The position numbers and the translations under genes were made by a program. The notes under the pieces were generated by a model. It was not told where the DNA came from, did no database searches, and was given only the letters and a program-made list of their open reading frames with translations. A stretch of 64,000 nucleotides of DNA, taken from Gemmatimonadales bacterium (lineage in GTDB: Bacteria; Gemmatimonadota; Gemmatimonadetes; Gemmatimonadales; GWC2-71-9). Location: positions 16,300-80,299 of the forward strand of contig DATAOI010000113.1 of NCBI GenBank assembly GCA_036265815.1. The letters run 5' to 3'. Below, one piece after another: positions 1-9,432 of the stretch (position 1 is its first letter; each line of letters starts with the position of its first letter).

Positions 1-1458
1 GGTGACGGGCTCGCGGAAGGTGCTGTCGCCGCCAGCCGGAAGGTAGAAGGCGCCGAAGGCGCCGAACCGCTCACGGATGAATGCCGTCGAGACCCGCTCC
101 GGGTGGCCATAGAAGCCGACATCGGCGAACCGCGACCCGTGGTCGCCTACGATCAGGATCACCGGAGCGATTGGCGACTGGCGAAGCAGGGTCGTCACCA
201 GCTCGAGGACCAGCCGATCGGCGCACTGCACCTGGCCGATGTAATCGGCGCGCTGTGCCGGAGTGTCGGCCTCCTCATCGTCCGCAACCGGATGCTCCAG
301 GGGCCGGCACCGCTCATCCACCAGGTAGGGCACGTGAGGAAGGAGCACGTGAGCGAAGGTGAACGTAGGCGCCGTATCCGCTGGAATCCTGCCCATCGCC
401 TCGAAGGAGCGCAGGAAATGCTGCACCAGAGGGGTCCGCGTGTGATCAGTCCCGAGGACGAACCTGAGCAAGGTCGACCGGAGCACCGTGAGCCGCAGCT
501 CCGTCCGGCGCACCTCGTGCCCGAGCTCGAACCTCGCGTGGGAATCGAACTCCCGGTCGGCGAGAGGGCTGGCAGCGGTGGCGGCCCACCAGGCGGAAGG
601 GAACAGCACGTACCGGTACCCGTGCGCCTTGAGGAAGCGCGCGGCGCGGTTGTGCATGATCAGGTACTTCGGGAGTGAGTGGTCCGTGCTGGTGGTCCCG
701 GCGTCCTCCGCCAGCCTCGTGACGTGGGAAAAGTTCAACAATGAGGAGACCGAGAGGTAGGTCTGGACATAGTTGCTCCGTGCGTCCCGCGGGATCAGGA
801 AGCCCAGAGCGCGCAAGCTGTCCTCGAAGCGGGAGTTGTCGAAGCCGAACACCTCCTGCAGGACGCGGGCGTTCGCGTGGCCGTCGAGCACGATCAGGTA
901 GATGTCGCGAGGCGGTGCATTCCTCCCAGGTGGCGGCGGGACGGCGATAGGTAGCGGGGAGGCGAGCTCGCGCACCAGCGTGCTTCGCCTCGCGACCCGG
1001 GGCCCGCGCCCCTGGGAGACGACCACCTGCACCGTCACCATCGTGAGGAGCAGGAGCCCGAAGGTCGTCAAGTATCTGCTGAGGCCGAGGAGGCGGGGGC
1101 GCGTCTGCCGGAGCAGCCAGGTTATCGCCGCGAGAGTGGGCAGGGCAGCCAGGGGAGCGAAGATCCGGTCGCGGGTGAGGCGATGGCTCACGCTCGAGAG
1201 CGCCTGCTGTGCCGGGATGTAGTAGAAGATCCACGCGATGGCGAGCAGTGCGACCGCGGCCGCGAGCGGCGCGGCGCGATCGGTGCGGTCCAGCGCCCAC
1301 ACAGCTAGGAACACGACCGCGATCACCAGACCACTCACCAACAGCACGGCGGCGAGTGTCACGGCGAGGTCGGAGGGCCGGTACTGCCCTGGATTGCCCG
1401 CCGCGATCGCCAGCACGAGGGACGCGGCGAAGCACAGCGGATACAGCAGCCCGCTCAC
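1..1458 (-). CDS. Membrane-anchored alkaline-phosphatase/sulfatase-superfamily transferase (LtaS/EptA/OpgB-like); C-terminus runs off the left edge
   Basis: Absent from the ORF track because its stop lies outside the window. My reverse-strand translation in the frame ending at nt 1 gives VSGLLYPLCFAASLVLAIAAG... (hydrophobic helices), then IYLIVLDGHANARV..., then PVILIVGDHGSRFADVGFYGHPE (DHG metal-site motif of sulfatase-fold enzymes). GTG start at 1458 overlaps the upstream stop as GTGA. Confidence 0.7.
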   Translation of the reverse strand, partial: MSGLLYPLCFAASLVLAIAAGNPGQYRPSDLAVTLAAVLLVSGLVIAVVFLAVWALDRTDRAAPLAAAVALLAIAWIFYYIPAQQALSSVSHRLTRDRIFAPLAALPTLAAITWLLRQTRPRLLGLSRYLTTFGLLLLTMVTVQVVVSQGRGPRVARRSTLVRELASPLPIAVPPPPGRNAPPRDIYLIVLDGHANARVLQEVFGFDNSRFEDSLRALGFLIPRDARSNYVQTYLSVSSLLNFSHVTRLAEDAGTTSTDHSLPKYLIMHNRAARFLKAHGYRYVLFPSAWWAATAASPLADREFDSHARFELGHEVRRTELRLTVLRSTLLRFVLGTDHTRTPLVQHFLRSFEAMGRIPADTAPTFTFAHVLLPHVPYLVDERCRPLEHPVADDEEADTPAQRADYIGQVQCADRLVLELVTTLLRQSPIAPVILIVGDHGSRFADVGFYGHPERVSTAFIRERFGAFGAFYLPAGGDSTFREPVT

Positions 1459-2831
1459 GGCCCCGACGCCTTGCTCGATTCCCGCCACGCACCGAAAGGT
1501 CCGATTCCGGCCTCATGCAGTCGCTGCAGGCTCACGACCATCAGCGGCTCGTCCCAATGCAGCATGAACTCGTAGTGACGCCGGGCGAGCGGCTCCGCCG
1601 GCGTCTCCGCCACCAGATCGCGCTCGAACGATTCGAAGCCCGCCTGGAACCAGGCCCGGCGCTCGAAACCGACACGGGTGTTGAATGGAAAGAGCAGCGC
1701 GAGACCAACAGCCAAGGCGGCGGGGAGCATGCGCCGCGTCCAGGCCGTTCCGTAGAGAAGCGCGGTGAAGTAGACGGCGCACAGCCCCGGTGCCGCGAGC
1801 AGCACATATCGAGTGGGCATCCGGCCCGTGGCCGCGGCGCGACCCGCGCGCCCCCAGCCGACAGCCAACGCCAGCACCGCGGCAGCCAGGAAGAACGCCA
1901 GCATGCCGAGGATGCGGAGGCGCTCCTCGCGCTGCTGGCGATACGCCGCGATCAGCAGGCCGAGGCTCAACAGCAACAGAGGAACGGCGATGCTGCCGCA
2001 GAGGAGCCACCGCTTTGACGCGGCCGGGCCCAGGCTGAGCGCCAGGAACTTGCCCGTCGTCGCCAGCGTGGCGCCCAGACCGGGGCTCGCCTGGTTCCAC
2101 GGCGACGCCTGGTAGCCGATGAAATAGACCGCACACAAGAGCACCGCGAGGCAGGCCATCGCGGCCGGCAGCCACTCACCGCTCCGCTGGTCGGCGGAGG
2201 CGTCGCGTCGCCGGGCCCAGGCAGTGTATCCCAGCCAGGCCGCGAGCGTCGGCGTGAAGACCAGCCCGTTAGCGCCCGAGAGCGGCAGGCCGATCAGCGC
2301 GAAGGCAGCGGCCAGAGCGCCCCAGCGGGTGGGCAGGCCAGGCCGCGCGACGATGACCAGCAGCAGCACACAGGCCAGGACCGTCGGGAGGACGAATTGG
2401 ATCTGCCATCCCCACACGAGGTTGTCCCAATTCCCCAGATGGAGAAGGAGCAGCGGGAAGAACGCGTCGGCCAGGCTGGTGCGTCCACCGCGGAGCGCGC
2501 GCGCCACCAGGATCATGCCGGCCGCGACCGCGCCCAGGGCGAGGGTATCGAACAGCATGGTGGAGCGAAAGTCATGCGTGGCACGGAGCAGGGTGAGATT
2601 GACGAGGCGGGGAAGCGGAAGCCGGTGTTCGCTGTTCTGGCTCCAGAGCCAGCGCGGCAGGTTCGGCTCGTGGCCGGTCATCGGCCCGACCATCAGCCAA
2701 TCTTCTTCGAAGGGAATGTTCCGGCCGTCGCCAGCGATGGCGAGGAGGAGACTGGCGAGGGTGGCCGCCCAGATGAGCCATACCAGGGGCCCGGCGACTC
2801 GGGATGCGCCCGGCGTGTCAGTGCTGGTCAA
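1455..2831 (-). CDS. Polytopic integral membrane protein (GT-C-like or polymerase-like, family unresolved)
   Basis: 458-aa ORF with about 11-12 hydrophobic segments and a short soluble tail. It has non-shadow amino-acid composition and lies in an operon with glycan genes. The start is TTG at 2831 and is uncertain. Confidence 0.6.
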   Translation of the reverse strand: MTSTDTPGASRVAGPLVWLIWAATLASLLLAIAGDGRNIPFEEDWLMVGPMTGHEPNLPRWLWSQNSEHRLPLPRLVNLTLLRATHDFRSTMLFDTLALGAVAAGMILVARALRGGRTSLADAFFPLLLLHLGNWDNLVWGWQIQFVLPTVLACVLLLVIVARPGLPTRWGALAAAFALIGLPLSGANGLVFTPTLAAWLGYTAWARRRDASADQRSGEWLPAAMACLAVLLCAVYFIGYQASPWNQASPGLGATLATTGKFLALSLGPAASKRWLLCGSIAVPLLLLSLGLLIAAYRQQREERLRILGMLAFFLAAAVLALAVGWGRAGRAAATGRMPTRYVLLAAPGLCAVYFTALLYGTAWTRRMLPAALAVGLALLFPFNTRVGFERRAWFQAGFESFERDLVAETPAEPLARRHYEFMLHWDEPLMVVSLQRLHEAGIGPFGAWRESSKASGP

Positions 2832-4248
2832 TCGTCCGTCCGATCAGGAGTGGGCCGGTGCTCGCCTCCTCCGGCGTGCGCACCAGCATGAAGAACAGAA
2901 ACAGCGCGCTGGGCCAGATCTGCAGCAGCAGCCGATCGAGCGAGCTGTCGAGCAGCCTGGCCAGCTCATCGGCCATGCTGACGAAGACCATGAAGTGGCC
3001 CGCCAGCAGAAGCATGAGGGCAATCGCAGCCATTCGCAGCCAGCGGCGGCTGGCGTCGGTCCCGCTGACACCGAGTCCCAGGAGATAGGCGGCCAGCACC
3101 CACACCGCACTGCCGAAGCCGTTCCCCCCGAAGGACGCGATATGAGTGGTGTATGCCTGGATGACGAGATAGTAGCGATGCGCCGAGGTCAATCGCCCGA
3201 AGGTGCGCTGGACGTCGAGGGTCGATAGCAGGTCGTTCGGTGGGGCGAACGCGATCTTGAAGCTCGCCACCAGGAGGAGCAGCGGGAGCAGTCCGCTGCC
3301 GAACCCGCGCAGCCGCCGCCGAGTGGCGGCCCAGTCGCGCCCGCCGGCGACGATCAGTCCGGCCCCCACGGCCAGGCTGAAGAGCACGCCTTCGTTCTTG
3401 GTCCACATCGCCAGGCCCGCCGCCACGCCGGCCAGCACCGCGAAGCGGGTGGTGGCCTCGCCCTGCCGCGCATCCAGGGCAAGGCAGACCATGGTCGCGA
3501 GAAAGAAGAAGGCGAGGGGCACGTCGGCGTAGAGCGAGGTGCCATGAAGGATGAAGAACGGCGTGCTCAGCAGGACCATTCCGGCCAGCAGCCCCTGACT
3601 GGTGCTGCGAAGAGCGGCCAGCGCTGATGCCAGGAGTGCCACCGCCCCGAATGTGAACGTGGCCGCCACCAGCGCGGGCCCGAGCAGTGTCTCGGCGCCG
3701 GCGTAGAGCCAGCTCCGGGCGACGAGCGAGGGAACCAGCACCGGATAATCCGGGTGGGACCACGGGAACGTGGCCGAGAACGCATTCCGCCAGGCCTCGC
3801 CCCCGCGGAAGAACATTCGGGCCCGCATATCCCAGTTCATCCAGGCGTCCCACTGGCCGTGCGGGTGCTGCCGAAGCGTCGACACGAAGGCCGCGGCCGC
3901 GGCAGACAGCGTCACCAGAAAGCCCGCGACCAGCAGCGGGAGCAGTCGAGAATTGCTCTGGCCGCCTTCGGGTGCAGGCCCGGCGGCCGGCCTCCTGCCG
4001 GCCCTGAACGCCACGACGACCAACAACATCACCAGTCCCACCTCCGCCAGCGCGAAGCCTCGCGTGGGTCCGAACGCGAGCATCCAGAGGAAGAGCAGGA
4101 CGGCCGACACTCCCGCGCCCAGTCCGGCTCCGAGCGCGACGAGCAGCGGCCACGGTCTGCCGGCGGCATCACCGGGCCACGCGGTCCGGAGCAGCAGCGC
4201 GCCCAGTGCAGTCGAGACGACGAACGAAAGACCGAGCGCCGCGATCAC
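2818..4248 (-). CDS. GT-C fold glycosyltransferase (ArnT/PMT family 39/83-like)
   Basis: 476-aa polytopic protein with a long periplasmic-type loop and a C-terminal helix bundle typical of ArnT/PMT_2 proteins. GTG start at 4248 overlaps the upstream stop (GTGA). Confidence 0.7.
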   Translation of the reverse strand: MIAALGLSFVVSTALGALLLRTAWPGDAAGRPWPLLVALGAGLGAGVSAVLLFLWMLAFGPTRGFALAEVGLVMLLVVVAFRAGRRPAAGPAPEGGQSNSRLLPLLVAGFLVTLSAAAAAFVSTLRQHPHGQWDAWMNWDMRARMFFRGGEAWRNAFSATFPWSHPDYPVLVPSLVARSWLYAGAETLLGPALVAATFTFGAVALLASALAALRSTSQGLLAGMVLLSTPFFILHGTSLYADVPLAFFFLATMVCLALDARQGEATTRFAVLAGVAAGLAMWTKNEGVLFSLAVGAGLIVAGGRDWAATRRRLRGFGSGLLPLLLLVASFKIAFAPPNDLLSTLDVQRTFGRLTSAHRYYLVIQAYTTHIASFGGNGFGSAVWVLAAYLLGLGVSGTDASRRWLRMAAIALMLLLAGHFMVFVSMADELARLLDSSLDRLLLQIWPSALFLFFMLVRTPEEASTGPLLIGRTIDQH

Positions 4249-4715
4249 GGGCGCGACCGGAAGAGCACCAGACCGTCGCCGAAATCCCGGATGACGCGGA
4301 GTCCCGTCGGCACCTCCGGCACAGCCTCCGGGCCAAAGTTACCGATGACGAGCTCGGGATCGGTGCTCTTGACCAGGAGCACCGGCGCCAGAAAGTATTG
4401 CGCCAGGAGATAGCGGCGGAACCGAAGGAGCGCTTCCGACTTCGGGTCGTCGGCAGGGGCGCCGGCTGGCCCCAGTCGATCCAGGTACCCTACGGTGCCA
4501 TGGGCCGGAAGCATGGCCCGCAGGTCCCCGAAGGCGTGCTCGTAAGTCGAGATCTCGTCCTGCGCGGCACCGGTTGGCCACTCGGAGGCCCGCTGCACCC
4601 ACCGGACGGTCGACGCCCCCGCGTAGAGGAGCACCAGCAGGATTGCGATGCGGGTCCTGGTGCCGGCCCATGAGTCGTTGCCGGACACGGGGCCCGAGGC
4701 GGCGGACAGAGTCAT
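4245..4715 (-). CDS. Hypothetical single-pass membrane-anchored protein
   Basis: 156 aa with one N-terminal helix (IAILLVLLYAGAS) and a soluble domain. ATGA overlap with the upstream GT2 stop at 4712-4715. Confidence 0.55.
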   Translation of the reverse strand: MTLSAASGPVSGNDSWAGTRTRIAILLVLLYAGASTVRWVQRASEWPTGAAQDEISTYEHAFGDLRAMLPAHGTVGYLDRLGPAGAPADDPKSEALLRFRRYLLAQYFLAPVLLVKSTDPELVIGNFGPEAVPEVPTGLRVIRDFGDGLVLFRSRP

Positions 4716-5734
4716 CCCTGCCCGACCTTTTCCGCCGTCGTCCCGGCGGTCAGGCGGTCGGACACAGATCCTCCGGCCGCCCCCTCACGCATCGCGCCGA
4801 GGGCACCGTACCAGTACAGGTAGTCGATTGCCAGGGTGTAGTACTTGTCGAGGCGGGCGGGCTCGAGGCGTTCCACTCGCTCGATCAGCCCGACGACCCA
4901 CTGCGGCACACGGTCGGTCACCCGGCTCAGGCGCAAGAGGAGGCCCCGGAGAGCGCGCCACCGCCAGGGTCCGCTGTGGAACTCCGAGAGCTTGATGCGG
5001 TCCACGATCGCCGGGTGCTTGCCGGCGAACAGCACTGCCGTGCGCCCGCGGGCGATCCCATCGGGCGCGAACCCGGCAAAGGTCTTCTCGTAGTGCTGGT
5101 GCGCCAGCGCGTCCGCGCTGTAGGTGAGCTCGACACCGGCCTCCTGCAGACGGAGGGCGAGCTCGTAGTCCTCATGACCGTAGACCCGGAACGCCGCATC
5201 GAACCCGCCGACCCCCAGCAGTACCTCGCGATGAGCCGAGAAGTTGCCAGTGTAGGTGTCGCGGAAGCGGAGCCGATAGCCCGGCTGGGACATCCGATCG
5301 AGCCGCGAGCGGAATCCACTGGCCATGTATCGCACGAAAGGAGGCGACTCGGATCCGGCGACGATCGGCGCGGCGCCCACCACCGCCCGCTCGACCGGTC
5401 CCTGGTGGGCGCGGGCGTGGGCGGCCAGAAATCCGGGGGACGCTTCCATATCGTCGTCGAGCAGCACTACAACCTCGCCTCCCGCCGCACGAATGCCGGC
5501 GTTGCACGCTCCGGCCCGCCCCCGGTTGGGTCCCTCCAACGCGGAGAGAGCGTAGGGTACGGCAAGCCCGCGCACCGCCGCGGCTGTTCCATCGGTCGAA
5601 CCGTCGATCGCCGCGATGACCTCGTAGGCATCGGCGGGAAGCGTCTGCGTGCGCAGCGACGCCAGCAGGCGCAGCAGCGAGTCCCGGCGCTGATAGGTCG
5701 GGATGACCACGCTGATTTGCGGCGCCGCCGTCAC
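4712..5734 (-). CDS. Family 2 glycosyltransferase
   Basis: ISVVIPTYQRRDSL...AIDGSTDGT and LLDDDME (DxD). The ORF-track start at 5830 was trimmed to GTG 5734, which forms a GTGA overlap with the deacetylase stop. My re-translation reads VTAAPQISVV. Confidence 0.85.
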   Translation of the reverse strand: MTAAPQISVVIPTYQRRDSLLRLLASLRTQTLPADAYEVIAAIDGSTDGTAAAVRGLAVPYALSALEGPNRGRAGACNAGIRAAGGEVVVLLDDDMEASPGFLAAHARAHQGPVERAVVGAAPIVAGSESPPFVRYMASGFRSRLDRMSQPGYRLRFRDTYTGNFSAHREVLLGVGGFDAAFRVYGHEDYELALRLQEAGVELTYSADALAHQHYEKTFAGFAPDGIARGRTAVLFAGKHPAIVDRIKLSEFHSGPWRWRALRGLLLRLSRVTDRVPQWVVGLIERVERLEPARLDKYYTLAIDYLYWYGALGAMREGAAGGSVSDRLTAGTTAEKVGQG

Positions 5735-6519
5735 TGGGCGGAAACAGTCCGCTTGCGGAATCGCCGGGTCACGCCGCCGAGAGCCTGACTGATGTGTTCG
5801 CGGAACGCGGTGCCGTTCCGGAGCCGGCAAGCAAAATCGATCAACGAGTCGTGCCCGTAGATGGAGACGCGCCGGAGCGCCAGCGGGTCGTCATCGGGGC
5901 CGGAGAGACCCGGGCGAGTGGAGCATGCGGTGAGGTAGCCCGCGGCGGCCGCGGCGGCCTGCACGGACTCGTCGACAGAGCCATAGGGATAGGCGAGGTG
6001 CAGGACGGGCCGGCCCAGCTCATCCTCGAGCCGCTGCCGCCCATCGACCAGCTCGGCTCGACAGCGCGAGGCATCGAGCCCCGTCAGCCGCGGGTGGGTG
6101 ACGGTGTGGGCGCCACACTGATACCCGTCGGCAACCAGTGTTCTGGCGGCCTCCCATCCCATCACCGGCAGCGCCATGCCGAGCTCGGGAAGCAGCCACC
6201 GGCTGGTCTCTCCCATCAGGCCCGCGACGAGGTAGAAGACCGCCGTGAATCGGTGGGCCCGGAGCACCGGGACCGCGTGATCGACACACCCCTGAAAGCC
6301 GTCGTCGAAGGTGATCACCACCGGGCGGGTGGGCAGCTGGCCGTGGCCCAGCCGTACACTGGCCAGGGTCTCCATGTCGATCGGCTGATAGCCGAACGCG
6401 GCCAGCCACCGCATCTGACGCGCGAACTCTCGAACCGTGACGGAATATCGCCGGAACGCCGGATGCGGATTGGGAGTCACCTCGTGGTACATCAGGATGG
6501 GCACGGACGCGCGCGTCAT
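5731..6519 (-). CDS. Polysaccharide deacetylase (CE4/NodB family)
   Basis: ITFDDGF and GAHTVTHP motifs. The 490-aa track ORF (to 7203) is a shadow extension over the neighbouring GT2. The true ATG at 6519 forms an ATGA overlap with that gene's stop (MTRASVPILMYHEV). Confidence 0.85.
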   Translation of the reverse strand: MTRASVPILMYHEVTPNPHPAFRRYSVTVREFARQMRWLAAFGYQPIDMETLASVRLGHGQLPTRPVVITFDDGFQGCVDHAVPVLRAHRFTAVFYLVAGLMGETSRWLLPELGMALPVMGWEAARTLVADGYQCGAHTVTHPRLTGLDASRCRAELVDGRQRLEDELGRPVLHLAYPYGSVDESVQAAAAAAGYLTACSTRPGLSGPDDDPLALRRVSIYGHDSLIDFACRLRNGTAFREHISQALGGVTRRFRKRTVSAQ

Positions 6520-7610
6520 GCGCTCGCCCCGGCGCTGCCGACCTCGGAGCGTACCGCGCCCGGGCGTCCGCGGAGGAGCTGCAGCGGGAGCCATGGCTGG
6601 GCCTGCCAGGCACGCAGGCCCCAGCCAATGCTGGCTCGAAGATGTCCGGCCTGGTAGGCGGCCCTCGCCTCCTTCAAGCAGGCGCCGGCCAGCATCGGCC
6701 CCAATCCGCCGTGTCCCTTGGAGAGACGCCGGCCCGTGCGAAGCAGCTCGATCGCCTCCTGCCGGCGCCCGACCTGCTGCATGAGGTACACCGCGTAGCG
6801 ATACCCCTCGCCGATCGCCTCGGCCAAGGTTGCGTCGGGTACCCCCCACGCGCGCAGCAGCTCGGGCGTGACGTGCCCCTCGGACGGCGTGGGATCCGTG
6901 CCCCCGGTCTTGCGCGCGGCCGCGGCAGCCCGCGCGCCGACCACCGACACGATCTGCTGCTCGAGATGGCGGACCGAGACCTGGCTGGCATACACCCGGT
7001 AGTAGAGCAGCGGCTCGGCGAGATTGGCCACCTCGTATCGCTCGCTCAGGCGGAGCCAGAGATCGTAATCCTGGGCCTGGCGGTAGGCTTCGCGATAACC
7101 GCCGACTGCCGCCAGCATGTCCTTCCGCAGCATCACGGTCGGATGGGTAAAGCAGTTGTACCGGGTCAGGGCCCGCACGATCTCCGCGTGCGACGTGGGA
7201 CATTCGCTGCGCTTGATCTCCCGGCCCAGCTCGTCGATGCGGACCACGGCGCTCCCCAGCAGGGCCACCCCAGGGTGCCGATCCAGAAACTCCACCTGCC
7301 GCGCCAGCCGATCGGGGAATGCGACATCGTCGGCGTCCATGCGGGCCACGTAGGTCCCGCGTGCGAGCTGACAGCCGCGGTTCAGCGACGGGGTCAGCCC
7401 CGCGTTCTCCTGATGGAGCACCCGGACACGGTGGTCCGCGGTCTGGTAACGTCGGAGCACTTCTGGCGTCGAGTCCGTCGAGCCGTCGTCGATGATCACG
7501 AACTCGAGGTCGGTGAACGTTTGCGCCAGGATGCTGTCGACGGCCTGCTCCAGATAGGGCACGCCATTGCGCACCGCCATCACGACGCTGACCCGTGGAG
7601 TCTCAGGCAT
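6516..7610 (-). CDS. Family 2 glycosyltransferase with C-terminal helical-repeat extension
   Basis: VSVVMAVRNG...FVIIDDGSTDST and MDADDV motifs. The C-terminal roughly 100 aa look helical and TPR-like. Confidence 0.85.
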   Translation of the reverse strand: MPETPRVSVVMAVRNGVPYLEQAVDSILAQTFTDLEFVIIDDGSTDSTPEVLRRYQTADHRVRVLHQENAGLTPSLNRGCQLARGTYVARMDADDVAFPDRLARQVEFLDRHPGVALLGSAVVRIDELGREIKRSECPTSHAEIVRALTRYNCFTHPTVMLRKDMLAAVGGYREAYRQAQDYDLWLRLSERYEVANLAEPLLYYRVYASQVSVRHLEQQIVSVVGARAAAAARKTGGTDPTPSEGHVTPELLRAWGVPDATLAEAIGEGYRYAVYLMQQVGRRQEAIELLRTGRRLSKGHGGLGPMLAGACLKEARAAYQAGHLRASIGWGLRAWQAQPWLPLQLLRGRPGAVRSEVGSAGASA

Positions 7611-9330
7611 GTCCCTTCACGGCGCGCACGGTAATGAGGACCTCGTACTCGGGGTCGATGTACTCCAGCTCGTCCGGCCGGAGCTCCCGGCTCGACAGGC
7701 CCTGCAGGAACGCCGTGGCCGCGAGCACGTTTCCGTGGGTCTCGACCCGAACCTCGCCCTCCGGAAAGCCGCACTCGAATAGCCGGCGCGCCGACAGGGA
7801 GGTGAATCGCCAGTAGTCGCCCCAACGATCCATGTCGTAGCGGACGATCTGGCTGATGCCCGGCATCGTGGCGAGCACGACGCCGCCCGGCCGCAGCAGC
7901 CGGTGCAGGGTCCGGACTGCCGCCGGCACGTCCAGGATGAACGGCAGCACCTGGGTCAGCACGATGCAGTCGAAGCTGTCGCCGGGCACGTGGTCGGCGG
8001 AGGTAAGGTCGGCGACGATGGTCGCTCTGGGATTGTCCGTGGTGGGGTGCAGCACTTCGGCCCGGGTGACGTTGGTGCCCCCGAACTTGCGGGTGTAGGC
8101 ATCGTCCCTCGCCTCCAGCACGCGGCCCCGGATGTCTCCCGCGTGCTCCCGCAGGAAGCGCTCGATGTAATAGCGATCGACCGGCAGCCCGCCTCGATCC
8201 CAGCCGAACCGCCGGCTCACCGGCGTGAGCCGGCGCAGACTTCCGAACCGCACCGCCTGGGTACCGGGTGAGCCGCCCAGCGCCGGCACCCGGGCACCGA
8301 CCCAGGTTCGGAGGCCGACCGGCAGGGTGGCCCGGGCCAGCCGCCGAGCGCCTGCTATCGCCCGAGACACCAGGCGGAATGGGCGAAGCTCCGCCTGGAC
8401 GGTCTCCCAGACCGGACCGCTCGCCTGGCCGTGGTCCTGCAGGTATCGCCGTAACCACCTCAGGAAGTAGCCCCGGGCGAGCTCACGCCCGCCGCTGGCC
8501 TTGGAGACGGCGTAGCAGGACTCCGGATGCTGGCGATACCGGTCCCAGGTCTCGCTCGAGGCAAAGGCCGGGAAGCGGAGGAGCAACTTCGAGAAGAAGC
8601 CCTGGTCTTCATAGACCATGTTCGTGCCGACGAAGTGGGACTCGAATCCGCCGACGCTCACCGCGGAGGCGCGGCGGACGAGCACGTCGGATGGGCAGGG
8701 TGTCGGAGCCGTGCGCGAGAGGAAGGGGAGCAGCAGGTCGGGCGGCGCGTAGGTTCGGTCGAGCGGTAGCTTAAGATCAATGACGTAGTCGCGCTCGCGA
8801 TCGTCGGGCTGCCCGGTCCATCCGAACCAGTACAGCGGTGCGCCGAACAGCAGCGCCACCTCGGGGTGCGCCTCGAGAATCGCGACCTGACGCTCGAGCT
8901 TCTCGGGCAGCCAGACATCGTCCGCATCCAAGAGGGCGAGGTACTCGCCCCGGGCGTGCTGCAGACCCAGGTTGCGGGACGCGCTCATCCCCTGGTTCTG
9001 ATGCCCCGGGTGCTCCAGATAGCGGACTCGGTGAGGCTCGCGCTCGGCGAAGCCCCGCGCGATCTCGCCGCTCTCGTCGGAGGAGCCGTCGTCGACCAGC
9101 AGCAGCTCCCAGTGGGGATAGGTCTGCGCCAGCACGCTCCGGATCGCCTCGTCCAGGAAGCGCTCGGCGTTCAGGAAGATCGCGACGACCGAGACGAGCG
9201 GAGTTGGGCCCGGCGTCACGATCTCCCCCGTCTGAGGCAGGTAACTGTGGGCGAAGGGATAACGCGTTGGGGTGCGGCACTCACCCTGCATTTCCCGGAG
9301 GCGGCGCGCAAGGTGCAGGAAACATACCAC
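7603..9330 (-). CDS. Fusion protein: N-terminal GT2 glycosyltransferase plus C-terminal class I SAM-dependent methyltransferase-like domain
   Basis: VSVVAIFLNAERFL...LLVDDGSSDES and LDADDVW (GT2). The C-terminal region reads VLEARDDAYTRKFGG...FDCIVLTQVLPFILD...LLRPGGVVLATMPG (MTase-like). The start is uncertain: GTG 9330, ATG 9291, or a later GTG. Confidence 0.75.
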   Translation of the reverse strand: MVCFLHLARRLREMQGECRTPTRYPFAHSYLPQTGEIVTPGPTPLVSVVAIFLNAERFLDEAIRSVLAQTYPHWELLLVDDGSSDESGEIARGFAEREPHRVRYLEHPGHQNQGMSASRNLGLQHARGEYLALLDADDVWLPEKLERQVAILEAHPEVALLFGAPLYWFGWTGQPDDRERDYVIDLKLPLDRTYAPPDLLLPFLSRTAPTPCPSDVLVRRASAVSVGGFESHFVGTNMVYEDQGFFSKLLLRFPAFASSETWDRYRQHPESCYAVSKASGGRELARGYFLRWLRRYLQDHGQASGPVWETVQAELRPFRLVSRAIAGARRLARATLPVGLRTWVGARVPALGGSPGTQAVRFGSLRRLTPVSRRFGWDRGGLPVDRYYIERFLREHAGDIRGRVLEARDDAYTRKFGGTNVTRAEVLHPTTDNPRATIVADLTSADHVPGDSFDCIVLTQVLPFILDVPAAVRTLHRLLRPGGVVLATMPGISQIVRYDMDRWGDYWRFTSLSARRLFECGFPEGEVRVETHGNVLAATAFLQGLSSRELRPDELEYIDPEYEVLITVRAVKGHA

Positions 9331-9432
9331 AGGGGTGGGTCATCTCGAAGGCAGGAACACCCTGGAGGCCGCCGGGCAGACTCGCCCTATCTCGTGCTCA
9401 GCGAAGCCATTAGCCACTGACGTGAGCCACCT

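Noticed and set aside
103-1516. Track ORFs 103-678(+), 446-1516(-) and neighbours as genes at the left edge
   Set aside because: Their composition is Arg/Pro-rich nonsense. A different minus-strand frame, open to the window edge and therefore missing from the track, encodes a coherent TM plus sulfatase-fold protein.
5731-7203. N-terminal extensions of several track ORFs (5731-7203, 26699-27778, 56917-57660, 50069-51481, 31376-32779, 54916-55944, 14451-15845)
   Set aside because: The extended parts overlap well-supported neighbouring genes in another frame and look like shadow sequence. Internal ATG/GTG codons forming ATGA/GTGA junctions, or lying just before family N-terminal motifs, give proteins of the expected length.
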